Part shown: piece after piece, positions 38,753-47,850 of the stretch | Position numbering within the stretch: the first letter of the stretch is position 1 | Layout of the letters: each line of letters opens with the position of its first letter | Source of the DNA: an uncultured Enterobacteriaceae bacterium | Lineage (GTDB): Bacteria; Pseudomonadota; Gammaproteobacteria; Burkholderiales; SG8-39 | Assembly (NCBI GenBank): GCA_964430565.1 | Contig: CAYSFD010000051.1 | Coordinates: 29,989-93,988 of the forward strand | Direction: 5' to 3' | DNA: 64,000 bases | Notes under the pieces: generated by a model | Database searches by the model: none | Told to the model about the DNA's origin: nothing | The model's input: the letters and a program-made list of their open reading frames with translations, nothing else | Translations under genes and position numbers: made by a program

Positions 38753-39802
38753 TTGCGTTGGATACAAAGCGTCGGTCGTTTGGTACTGTCCCTCGCGGCG
38801 CTGGCAACGGCCGTGCCCGGCTTCGCACAAGATGAGTCGCTCGCGCTGTACGACGGCCCGGATCGGACCCAGAAGCTGATTGCGGCGGCGCAAAAGGAAG
38901 GCTCGTTCGCGCTGTACACGAGCTTTGCCGAAAAGGACCTGCCGCCTCTGACCGGCACGTTCGAGAAAAAGTACGGCGTCAAGGTCAGGGTCTGGCGCGC
39001 CGGGTCGGAAAAAGTGTTGCAGCGAACCCTCGCCGAAGCGGCGGCCAGGCGCTACGAGGTCGATGCGATCCATTCCGCGGCGCTCGAAATGGAGACGCTG
39101 CATCGGGAAAAAATCCTGCAACCGGTCGCGTTGCCGCTCTCGACGGAGCTGATCGCGGGCGCGCTGCGGCCGCATCGCGAATGGGTGGCGACCTACCTGT
39201 CGGTATGGGTGCAGGCCTACAACACGAAGCTCGTCAAGAAGGAAGACTTGCCCAGGACTTTCGAGGACCTGCTCGACCCGAAGTGGAAGGGCAGGCTCGG
39301 CATCGAGGCCAACGTTCCGGAGTGGTACTCGACCGTGATTTTGCATATGGGCGAGGAGAAGGGCATCCGGTTCTTCCGCGACCTGGTGGGCCGCAACGGC
39401 ATCTCGGTGCGCACGGGGCATTCACTGCTCAACAACATGGTCGTCGCGGGCGAAGTTCCGCTGGCGCTGACGGTCTACCAGTTCCTGCCGGAACCCGCCA
39501 AGCGCAAGGGCGCGGCGATCGACTGGTTCGTGCTGGAGCCGGCGGTCGCGCGCACCAGCGGCATCGGCGTCGCGCGCCGCGCGCCGCATCCGAACGCCGC
39601 GCTGCTGTTCTACGATTTCATGCTGTCGGACGAAGCGCAAAAACTGATGCTGGCGATGGAATATGTGCCGACAAGTACCAGGGTGCCCTCGCCGCTCGCC
39701 AGGCAGCGTTTCACGCTGGTAGACCCGGCAGTCGCGCTGGACCAGAGAGACAAATGGGCCAGGTCGTTTGAGGAGGTGATACTCAAGCGGGGCGGGCAAT
39801 AG
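38753..39802 (+). CDS. ABC substrate-binding protein (Fe(III)-like family), paralog of 35953-37005
   Basis: AQKEGSFALYTS, FEKKYGVKVRVWRA, DLLDPKWKG, APHPNAALLF. Confidence 0.88.
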   Translation: MRWIQSVGRLVLSLAALATAVPGFAQDESLALYDGPDRTQKLIAAAQKEGSFALYTSFAEKDLPPLTGTFEKKYGVKVRVWRAGSEKVLQRTLAEAAARRYEVDAIHSAALEMETLHREKILQPVALPLSTELIAGALRPHREWVATYLSVWVQAYNTKLVKKEDLPRTFEDLLDPKWKGRLGIEANVPEWYSTVILHMGEEKGIRFFRDLVGRNGISVRTGHSLLNNMVVAGEVPLALTVYQFLPEPAKRKGAAIDWFVLEPAVARTSGIGVARRAPHPNAALLFYDFMLSDEAQKLMLAMEYVPTSTRVPSPLARQRFTLVDPAVALDQRDKWARSFEEVILKRGGQ

Positions 39803-39804
39803 GC

Positions 39805-40908
39805 ATGGCACTCAAACGCCCGAAAGGTCCCTCCGGCACCCTTGTCGTGCTCGAGCACACCTCGAACATCCTCAAGGACAACCCCTTGCGCGATCCGCAC
39901 GTGCGCAAGCTCGGCGTATGGCTGCCGCCGCAGTACGACGAAAGCGGCAACCGCCGCTTTCCGGTGCTCTACGACCTCGTCGGCTTCACCGGCTCGGGTC
40001 TTGCGCACGCGAACTGGAAGCCCTTCGGCGACAACGTCCCGGAGCGCGCGGCGCGGCTCATCCGCGAGCGCAAGATGGGGCCGGCGATCATCGTTTTTCC
40101 CGATTGCTTCACGGCGCTCGGCGGCAACCAGTACGTGAATTCGTCCGCGATCGGCGATTACGCGGACTATCTCTCGCGCGAGATCGTTCCCTTCGTCGAC
40201 CGCGAGTTCAGGACGCTCGCCGCCCGCGAGCACCGCGGCTGCTTCGGAAAATCATCCGGCGGCTACGGCGCGATCATTCATGGGATGAAGTACGCGAAAA
40301 CCTGGGGCGCGATCGCGAATCATTCCGGCGACGCGTATTTCGATTTCGTGTATTGGCACGACTGGCCGAACACGCTCAACGAATTGGCCAAGCACCGCGC
40401 GCCCAAGCGCAAGGCCGGCCGCTACGACGCGCGCGGCGAATCGGAACGCAAGGGCCTCGATCGAGGACGGGACGACGGGCGCGTCAAACGGTTCCTTTCG
40501 CACGTGTGGAAGAAGGAAAAGCTCACCACCGCCGAAGGCCACTGCATCATGAACCTGTGCATGGCGGCCACCTACGATCCGGACCCGAAGGCGCCCAACG
40601 GCTTTCGCGTGCCGTTCAACCTCGAATCGGGCGAGCTGATCGAGGAGCGCTGGCGCAAGTGGCGAGAGCACGACCCGATCAATCTCGTCGCGAAATACCG
40701 GGGTAACCTCAAGTCCCTGCGAGGCATCTACATCGACTGCGGTTGGGGCGACCAGTACCACATCCATTACGGCGCGCGCATTCTCTCGAAGCGCCTCGCC
40801 GCGGCCGGCATCCGGCACCGCTACGAGGAATTCGACGACGACCACTCCGACATCGACTACCGGATGGACGTGAGCCTGCCGTTTCTCTACCGGGCGTTGA
40901 AACCCTGA
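39805..40908 (+). CDS. Putative esterase (Fes/enterochelin esterase-like alpha/beta hydrolase)
   Basis: RFPVLYDLVGF, GGNQYVNS, nucleophile motif GKSSGG, IYIDCG, EEFDDDH. Confidence 0.85.
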   Translation: MALKRPKGPSGTLVVLEHTSNILKDNPLRDPHVRKLGVWLPPQYDESGNRRFPVLYDLVGFTGSGLAHANWKPFGDNVPERAARLIRERKMGPAIIVFPDCFTALGGNQYVNSSAIGDYADYLSREIVPFVDREFRTLAAREHRGCFGKSSGGYGAIIHGMKYAKTWGAIANHSGDAYFDFVYWHDWPNTLNELAKHRAPKRKAGRYDARGESERKGLDRGRDDGRVKRFLSHVWKKEKLTTAEGHCIMNLCMAATYDPDPKAPNGFRVPFNLESGELIEERWRKWREHDPINLVAKYRGNLKSLRGIYIDCGWGDQYHIHYGARILSKRLAAAGIRHRYEEFDDDHSDIDYRMDVSLPFLYRALKP

Positions 40909-40916
40909 GAACCGGA

Positions 40917-41873
40917 ATGAAGACGATCCTCTGCGCGCTTGCCCTGCTCCTCGCCGCTACGGCGCAGGCGCAGGACGCCTACCCCTCGAAACCGGTGCGC
41001 ATCATCGTGCCCTCCGCGCCTGGGGGCGGAACCGACACCGTCGCGCGCCTGCTCGGGCAGACTCTCGCGAAGACGATGGGCCAGCCCTTCGTCATCGACA
41101 ACCGGCCCGGCGCGGGCAATGTCATCGGCGCCGAAGCGGCCGCCCGCGCGGCGCCCGACGGCTATACGCTGCTCATGGCGCCGAGCACGCTCGCCATCAA
41201 TCACATCGTGAGAAAGGACCTGCCTTACGATGTGCTGCGCGATTTTGCGCCTATCACGCAGATGGTTTCTCTGCCCAACGTGCTGGTCGTGACCGCGTCG
41301 CTGCCGGCCCGGTCGCTCGCCGAATTCGTCGCGCTCGCCAGGCAAAAGCCCGGCGAGCTGACGTTCGGCTCGGCGGGGATCGGCACTGCGCCGCACCTCG
41401 CGATGGAGCTGCTGATGAGCGCGACGGGTATCGAGTTGCGTCACGTGCCGTACAAGGGCGTCGCGCCGGCGCTGACCGACATCATCGCCGGGCGCGTGTC
41501 CGGAATGACGGTGAATGTGCTTTCGGCGAGACGGCACGTCGACGCGGGCACGTTGCGCGCGCTCGTCGTGACCGAGAACGAGCGCATGCGCGACCTGCCC
41601 AACGTGCCCACGGTGGCTGAGGCAGGCTATCCGAAAGCGCAATCCTTCCAGTGGTTCGGGTTGCTCGCACCCGCGCGCACGCCCCCTTTTATCATCGTGC
41701 GATTGCAGGCGGAGACGGTACGCGCGCTCCAGACGCCGGAGATGCGCGCGCGCCTGGCGACCGAAGGCGCCGATCCGGTCGGAAGCACGCCTGCCGAATT
41801 CGCGGCGCTCATCCGCCAGGAGATGGAGAAATGGACCGAGGTCGCGCGTGCGGCGAACATCAAGCCGGAGTAG
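40917..41873 (+). CDS. Bug/TctC substrate-binding protein
   Basis: YPSKPVRIIVPSAPGGGTD, DNRPGAG, HVPYKG. Confidence 0.94.
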   Translation: MKTILCALALLLAATAQAQDAYPSKPVRIIVPSAPGGGTDTVARLLGQTLAKTMGQPFVIDNRPGAGNVIGAEAAARAAPDGYTLLMAPSTLAINHIVRKDLPYDVLRDFAPITQMVSLPNVLVVTASLPARSLAEFVALARQKPGELTFGSAGIGTAPHLAMELLMSATGIELRHVPYKGVAPALTDIIAGRVSGMTVNVLSARRHVDAGTLRALVVTENERMRDLPNVPTVAEAGYPKAQSFQWFGLLAPARTPPFIIVRLQAETVRALQTPEMRARLATEGADPVGSTPAEFAALIRQEMEKWTEVARAANIKPE

Positions 41874-41933
41874 CGATCGCGGGGTTCGTGCCTTAGAATC
41901 GCGGCATCGAACCATTCATCGACCGGAGGCCCG

Positions 41934-42089
41934 TTGACCAATCATTCAAAGTTGGTGCAGACCCGACGCAGGAAGCAAAGAGCCAGGAAGGACGTCGCCA
42001 TGGCAGCCAAGCAGGCGAAGAAGCTTGGGAAGCAAGACACGAAGAAGGCGGGCGCGACCGCGCCGAAACTCGCGCAGATCCCCGGCTGA
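41934..42089 (+). CDS. Small very basic protein (51 aa, MTNHSKLVQTRRRKQRARKDVAMAAKQAKKLGKQDTKKAGATAPKLAQIPG)
   Basis: -10 TAGAAT at 41904, SD GGAGG at 41925, TTG at 41934, stop at 42087-42089; absent from the ORF track; in-frame ATG at 42000 is an alternative start. Confidence 0.6.
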   Translation: MTNHSKLVQTRRRKQRARKDVAMAAKQAKKLGKQDTKKAGATAPKLAQIPG

Positions 42090-42118
42090 CTCGAGCTTCC
42101 CGGCCGCCTGAGGCCGGT

Positions 42119-42577
42119 TCAGAGCTTGTGGCCCCCGATCATCAGCCGCTTGAACACTGAATAGTGCTCCTTGACGCCGTTATCGGTGGGGGTGCGCTCT
42201 ACCGTGATCCACACCTCGGGGCTGAAGCTTTCGCACAAGTCGGCGGTGTACTCGGCCTCGTCTTCCGCCACGGCGTTCGCCGCCTCCATGGTGGGGGCGC
42301 CGAGGTCGTCCGTGAAATGCTGCGTGAGGCGCTCGATGATCTGCCGATACCCCGTCTCGTCGATCTCCACGACTTCGGCGATGGTACAGCGCCCGTGGCT
42401 TTCCACGCCGACGAAGGAAGTGAGGCAATGGCATTTGGGCGTGCGGTGGCTAGCCCCGGTGGGATCGCATACGGCGTAGCCGCCCGACACCAGCCACTCT
42501 CCGTCGCGAGCGGCGCCGCCCTTGCAATAGACGAGATCGTCGGAAGCGTCGAGCCGCACCGCCTTTAGGAATTTCAT
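42119..42577 (-). CDS. DUF6505-like protein
   Basis: MKFLKAVRLDASDDLVY...GEWLVSGGY...FVGVES...GAPTMEAA pattern resembles DUF6505 as recalled. Confidence 0.65.
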   Translation of the reverse strand: MKFLKAVRLDASDDLVYCKGGAARDGEWLVSGGYAVCDPTGASHRTPKCHCLTSFVGVESHGRCTIAEVVEIDETGYRQIIERLTQHFTDDLGAPTMEAANAVAEDEAEYTADLCESFSPEVWITVERTPTDNGVKEHYSVFKRLMIGGHKL

Positions 42578-42640
42578 AAGCCGCGCTGTTACGGCTCGCC
42601 GCGGCGACTCGGCGGGCAAAGCCCAGTAGAATTCTTTCCC

Positions 42641-43228
42641 ATGTTTACTGGAATCATAGCCGCCATCGGCAAAATCAGTCGGGTCGAACCCGCTAAGGGC
42701 GGACTGCGCCTTGCTGTTGACACAGGCAAACTGGGCTTGAGCGACCTCAAGGTCGGCGACAGCATCGCGGTCAACGGCGCGTGCCTCACCGTCGTGAAAC
42801 GCGGAAAAAAAAGCTTCGGTGTCGATGTCTCCCGCGAAACCTTGCGCTGCACTGCCGGGCTGGACCGGGCGGGAGAGGTCAACCTGGAGAAGGCGCTCGC
42901 GCTTTCCGACCGGCTCGATGGGCATCTCGTTCTCGGTCACGTGGACGGCGTCGGGAAAGTAACGGGCTTCGAGCCGGCCGGCGCGAGCCGCGTGCTGCGC
43001 GTGCGCGCACCCGCAGGACTTGCCCGCTACATCGCGCGCAAGGGCTCGATCGCGGTGGACGGCGTGAGCCTTACGGTGAACGCGGTGAGGGGCACCGAGT
43101 TCGAGGTGAATCTGATTCCGCATACGCTCGCCGTGACGACGCTGAAGCATCTGCGGAAGGGCGACGTCGTCAATCTGGAAGTGGACCCGCTCGCGCGCTA
43201 CGCGGAACGCCTGCTCCGGAGGAAATGA
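42641..43228 (+). CDS. ribE: Riboflavin synthase alpha subunit
   Basis: MFTGII, GDSIAVNGACLTV, VNLEKAL, GHLVLGHVDG, KGSIAVDGVSLTVN (ribC in E. coli nomenclature). Confidence 0.97.
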   Translation: MFTGIIAAIGKISRVEPAKGGLRLAVDTGKLGLSDLKVGDSIAVNGACLTVVKRGKKSFGVDVSRETLRCTAGLDRAGEVNLEKALALSDRLDGHLVLGHVDGVGKVTGFEPAGASRVLRVRAPAGLARYIARKGSIAVDGVSLTVNAVRGTEFEVNLIPHTLAVTTLKHLRKGDVVNLEVDPLARYAERLLRRK

Positions 43229-43242
43229 GCGGGAAGGATCAG

Positions 43243-43343
43243 CCGTCATTCCCGCGAACGCGGGAATCCAGTGACGTTGCGCAAAAGTCTCTGGGTCCCC
43301 GCTCCCCGATTCCATTCGGGGACAGGTTTCGCGGGGACGACGG
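43243..43343. repeat. Palindromic repeat element, dRS3-like, with an extra internal hairpin
   Basis: ATTCCC-GCGAACGC-GGGAAT at 43248-43267; right arm CTGGGTCCCCGC...TTCGCGGGGACGACGG is interrupted by TCCCCGATTCCATTCGGGGA. Confidence 0.85.
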
Positions 43344-43349
43344 AAATTA

Positions 43350-46300
43350 ATGGCGTTCTCCCCGGCCGAGATCGAGCAGCGGCGCACGCTGCGCCCGCGC
43401 CCCGAGTTTCCGCCCGAACTGCCGATCTGCGCGAAGCGCGAGGAAATCGCAAAGGCCATCTCCGCGCACCAGGTGGTGATCGTCTGCGGGGAAACCGGCT
43501 CGGGCAAGACCACGCAGCTGCCGAAGATCTGCCTGGAGCTCGATCGCGGTATCCGGGGATTCATCGGCCACACCCAGCCACGCAGGATCGCCGCGCGCGC
43601 CACCGCCACCCGCGTCTCGCAGGAACTGAAGACCGAGCTGGGCAGCGCGGTGGGCTACAAGATTCGCTTCACCGACCGCGTCGGCCCGCGCTCCTATATC
43701 AAGATCATGACCGACGGCATCCTGCTCGCCGAGACTCAAGGCGACCGCGAGCTTCGCCAGTACGACACCCTGATCATCGACGAGGCGCACGAGCGCAGCC
43801 TCAACATCGATTTTCTGCTCGGCTACGTCAAGCAGCTCCTCCCGCGGCGGGCAGACTTGAAGCTCATCATCACTTCGGCGACCATCGACGCAGAGCGCTT
43901 CTCGAAGCACTTCGAAGTTGACGGAAAAGCGGCGCCGGTGGTCGAAGTATCGGGCCGGCTTTACCCGATCGAGCTCCGTTACCGGCCGATCGACGAGGAC
44001 GACAAGGACTACGACCTCAACCAGGCGATCGGCGACGCGATCGACGAGCTGGCGACATCGGGCGAGGGCGACGTCCTGGTGTTCCTCCCCGGCGAACGGG
44101 AGATCCGCGAGGCGGCCGAGGCCTTGAGAAAGCACGCCTTCGGCAAGGTGAGGCCGGGCATCCCCACCGAGATCCTGCCGCTGTTTGCGCGGCTCTCTGG
44201 AGAGGAGCAGGAGCGCGTGTTCAAGCCCCACGCGGGGCGGCGCATCGTGCTCGCGACCAACGTCGCGGAGACCTCGCTGACCGTGCCCGGGGTGCGCTAC
44301 GTCGTGGACACGGGTCTTGCGCGCGTCAAGCGCTACAGCTACCGCAACAAGGTCGAGCAGCTGCGCGTCGAGAACATCTCCCAGGCCGCGGCCAAGCAGC
44401 GCGCCGGCCGCTGCGGCCGGGTCGCGAGCGGGGTGTGCGTGCGCCTCTATGCCGAGGACGAATTCAAGCGGCGCCCCGAGTTCACCGACCCCGAGGTATT
44501 GCGCTCCTCGCTCGCGAACGTGATTCTTCGAATGAAGTCGCTGGGCCTGGGCGAGGTCGAGGAGTTTCCCTTCATCGATTCCCCGGCGCCCAAGGCGATC
44601 CAGGACGGCTACGCGCTGCTCGCCGAGTTGGGCGCCGTAGACGAGGCCAACGAGCTGACCGAAATCGGAAGGCAGCTTGCGAAGCTGCCGGTCGATCCGC
44701 GCATCGGCCGCATGGTGCTCGCTGCGAGAGTGGAGAATGCGTTAGCCGAAATTCTGATTATCGCCGCGGCGCTTTCGGTGCAGGACCCTCGCCAGAGGCC
44801 GAGCGAACAGGCCGCGGCGGCCGACGAGGCGCAGAAGCCCTTCGACGACGAGAAGTCCGATTTTCTTTCCTGGCTGAAGCTGTGGAAGTTCTTCGAGGAA
44901 GCGCTCGCGCACAGGAAATCCAACCGCAAGCTGCACGAGGCCTGCCGCGAGCATTTCCTTTCCTTCAACCGCATGCGCGAGTGGCGCGACGTACACGGCC
45001 AGCTGAAGGAACTGACCGCGGAGCTTGGCTGGCGGGCCTCGGGGACGCCGGCGACCTATGCCCAGATTCACCGCTCGCTGCTCGCGGGCCTCCTCGGCAA
45101 CATCGGCATGAAGACCGAGGAAGGAAATTTCCTCGGCGCCCGCGGAATCCGCTTCTGGGCGCATCCCGGGTCGGGAGTGGGCAGGAAAGCCGGCCGCTGG
45201 GTGATGGCGGCCGAGATCACCGAGACCACGCGCCTGTACGCGCGCTGCATCGCCTCGATCGAGCCCGAGTGGCTGGAGTCGGTCGGCGCGCATCTGGTCA
45301 AGCGCCACCGGTACGAGCCGCATTGGGAAAGGAAGCCCGCGCACGTGGCGGCCTTCGAGCGCGCGACGCTCTACGGCCTGCCTTTGTACACGAACCGGCG
45401 CGTGCACTATGGCCCCACGGACCCTGCCGGATCGAGAAAGGTCCTCATCCGTCAGGCGCTGGTCGAAGGCGACTACGAGACGCGCGCGCCGTTCTTCGCG
45501 CATAACCGCAGGCTCGTTCGCGAGATCGAGCAGCTCGAGCACAAGTCGCGCCGCCCGGACGTGCTGGTGGACGACGAGCTGATCTACGCCTTCTACGACA
45601 GCCTCGTTGCGGAAGGCATCCACAACGGCGCGGATTTCGAGCGCTGGCGGCGCGAGGCGGAGGCGAAGGAACCGAAGCTGCTGTTCCTCAAGCGCGAGGA
45701 CCTGATGCGGCACCAGGCGGCGGGCATTACCACCGCGCAGTTTCCGCACGAGCTGCAGATGGCGGGACGCAGCTTCGCGCTCGAATACCATCACGAGCCG
45801 GGCTCGCCGAAGGACGGCGTGACGCTCATCGCGCCGCTTCTCGCGCTCAATCAGATCGACGCGGCGAAGACGGACTGGCTGGTGCCGGGGCTCGCGCGCG
45901 AAAAGATCACGCGGCTCGCCAAGTCGCTGCCGCACAAGCTCCGCCATCCGCTCGGCCCGCTCCCGGAGTTCGTCGACGTCTTTCTAGCGGTCAACGAGAC
46001 GCAGGACGTGCCGCTCGCGCAGGCGATCGCCCGCTACGCGCGGCGCGAGCTGAATCTCGCGATCCCGCTCGATGCCTTCCGGACGGAGATGCTCCCCGCG
46101 CATCTGTCGATGAATTTCCGCATCGTCGATGAGCACGGGCGGCGGTTGGGGACGGGCCGCAACCTCGCGCAGCTGCGCGCCGAGCTGGGGCAAAAGGCGC
46201 AGGAGCAGTTCTCCGAGGTCGCCAAAGCCGACGTACCAGCCGCGGAATTCACCGGCTGGGAGTTCGGCGACCTCGAGGAAGTGATGGAGATCCGGCGCGG

Positions 46301-47096
46301 CTCCCAGACGCTCATCGGCTATCCCGGTCTCGTGGACAAGCGCGGCTCGGTCAGCCTCGAAGTGTTCGACTCAGCCGACAAGGCCCGCGAGGCGCACCGC
46401 GCGGGGCTGCGGCGGCTGTTCATGCTGCAGCTGAAGGAGCAGGCCCGCCATATCGAGAAGAATCTGCCCGGCCTGCAGGCGATGGCGGTGCAGTTCGCGG
46501 CCCTGGGCGGCGCGGCGGAATTGAAGGAGCAGCTGCTCGCGGCGGCGTTCGACCGCGCCTGCATGCAGGAACCCTGGCCGCGGATCCGAGCGGAGTTCGA
46601 GCGGCGGCGCGACGAGGCGCGCTCGCGGGTGACGCTCCTCGCCCAGGAGATTGCGCGCCTCGCAGGAGCGATCTTTGCCGAGCACGCGGCGCTGCAGAAG
46701 AAGCTCCAGCAGTCGTCCAAGGCTTTTCCCGGCCCCTGCCGCGACATCGAGGAGGCCGTCGCTGCGCTGATGTCCGGGCGGTTCATCGAGCAAACGCCTT
46801 ACGAGCGGCTGCAGCATTTTCCCCGCTACCTCAAGGCGGCGTGCCTGCGGCTGGACAAGCTGCGCGCCGATCCAAGGCGCGACGCGCGCCTCGCGGCGGA
46901 GTTTGCGCCATTGTTCGCGCAGTGGCAGCGCGAACGGGCGAAGCAGGCAAGATCGGGCGCGCCCGATCCGCGGCTGGAGCAGTTCCGCTGGCTGCTCGAG
47001 GAGCTGCGCGTGCAGCTTTTCGCACAGGAGCTCAAGACGCCGGTGCCGGTTTCGGTCAAGCGACTTACCAAGCTATGGCAGACTACGAGCCGGTGA
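43350..47096 (+). CDS. hrpA: ATP-dependent RNA helicase HrpA
   Basis: GETGSGKTTQLPK, DEAH, SAT, QRAGRCGR, C-terminal LEELRVQLFAQEL. Confidence 0.97.
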   Translation: MAFSPAEIEQRRTLRPRPEFPPELPICAKREEIAKAISAHQVVIVCGETGSGKTTQLPKICLELDRGIRGFIGHTQPRRIAARATATRVSQELKTELGSAVGYKIRFTDRVGPRSYIKIMTDGILLAETQGDRELRQYDTLIIDEAHERSLNIDFLLGYVKQLLPRRADLKLIITSATIDAERFSKHFEVDGKAAPVVEVSGRLYPIELRYRPIDEDDKDYDLNQAIGDAIDELATSGEGDVLVFLPGEREIREAAEALRKHAFGKVRPGIPTEILPLFARLSGEEQERVFKPHAGRRIVLATNVAETSLTVPGVRYVVDTGLARVKRYSYRNKVEQLRVENISQAAAKQRAGRCGRVASGVCVRLYAEDEFKRRPEFTDPEVLRSSLANVILRMKSLGLGEVEEFPFIDSPAPKAIQDGYALLAELGAVDEANELTEIGRQLAKLPVDPRIGRMVLAARVENALAEILIIAAALSVQDPRQRPSEQAAAADEAQKPFDDEKSDFLSWLKLWKFFEEALAHRKSNRKLHEACREHFLSFNRMREWRDVHGQLKELTAELGWRASGTPATYAQIHRSLLAGLLGNIGMKTEEGNFLGARGIRFWAHPGSGVGRKAGRWVMAAEITETTRLYARCIASIEPEWLESVGAHLVKRHRYEPHWERKPAHVAAFERATLYGLPLYTNRRVHYGPTDPAGSRKVLIRQALVEGDYETRAPFFAHNRRLVREIEQLEHKSRRPDVLVDDELIYAFYDSLVAEGIHNGADFERWRREAEAKEPKLLFLKREDLMRHQAAGITTAQFPHELQMAGRSFALEYHHEPGSPKDGVTLIAPLLALNQIDAAKTDWLVPGLAREKITRLAKSLPHKLRHPLGPLPEFVDVFLAVNETQDVPLAQAIARYARRELNLAIPLDAFRTEMLPAHLSMNFRIVDEHGRRLGTGRNLAQLRAELGQKAQEQFSEVAKADVPAAEFTGWEFGDLEEVMEIRRGSQTLIGYPGLVDKRGSVSLEVFDSADKAREAHRAGLRRLFMLQLKEQARHIEKNLPGLQAMAVQFAALGGAAELKEQLLAAAFDRACMQEPWPRIRAEFERRRDEARSRVTLLAQEIARLAGAIFAEHAALQKKLQQSSKAFPGPCRDIEEAVAALMSGRFIEQTPYERLQHFPRYLKAACLRLDKLRADPRRDARLAAEFAPLFAQWQRERAKQARSGAPDPRLEQFRWLLEELRVQLFAQELKTPVPVSVKRLTKLWQTTSR

Positions 47097-47103
47097 GAGA
47101 CGA

Positions 47104-47850
47104 ATGCAAAGGATCATTACTGCGCTCCTGAAGGCGTTTGGCAGCCTGCTGCATCCGAAGATGCTCTGGCTCATGGTGTGGCCGGCGGTGGTCGCGCTGG
47201 TCCTCTGGGTGACGCTCGCGGCGCTGTACTGGAGCGAGGCCGCCAAGTGGATCGACTTCCAGATGCACCAGTGGCCATTCTTCGAATGGGCAATCTCGAT
47301 TTGGCCGATGACCTTGATCGCCGCGTGGTTCGGCTGGCTTCTGCTGCTACTCGTTTTCGTGCCGGCGGTGCTGATCACGGCGGTGCTGATCATCAGCATC
47401 GTGTCCATGCCGGCGATGGTCGCTCACGTCGGCGAACGCGAATACCCTGGGCTCGCCCGGCGAAAAGGGGGTACGGTCGTGGGCAGCATCTGGAATGCGT
47501 TCGTAGCGCTCGTCGTGCTTGCGCTGCTCTTCGCAATCAGCCTGCCGCTGTGGTTGATTCCGCTGTTGTGGCCGGTGCTGCCTGTCGCCTTGTTCGGCTA
47601 TTTCAACGAGCGCGTGTTCCGCTACGACGCGCTCGCCGAACATGGGACCACCGCCGAGATTGCCGAGACAATCCAGCGCAGCCGCGGCGAGCTGTTCTTG
47701 CTCGGCGTTGTGCTTGCGCTCATCGGGCACATACCTTTCGTCGGGTTTTTCGTGCCGGTGTACGGGGGGCTTGCTTTCATCCACTACGGGCTTGGGCGCC
47801 TTGGCGAGCTGCGCAGCGAACCGATGCAGGGTGTGGCGAGGCGGGTGTGA
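47104..47850 (+). CDS. EI24/CysZ-like membrane protein
   Basis: Multiple TM helices; HVGEREYPGL, RVFRYDALAEH, FVPVYGGLAFIHY. Confidence 0.8.
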   Translation: MQRIITALLKAFGSLLHPKMLWLMVWPAVVALVLWVTLAALYWSEAAKWIDFQMHQWPFFEWAISIWPMTLIAAWFGWLLLLLVFVPAVLITAVLIISIVSMPAMVAHVGEREYPGLARRKGGTVVGSIWNAFVALVVLALLFAISLPLWLIPLLWPVLPVALFGYFNERVFRYDALAEHGTTAEIAETIQRSRGELFLLGVVLALIGHIPFVGFFVPVYGGLAFIHYGLGRLGELRSEPMQGVARRV

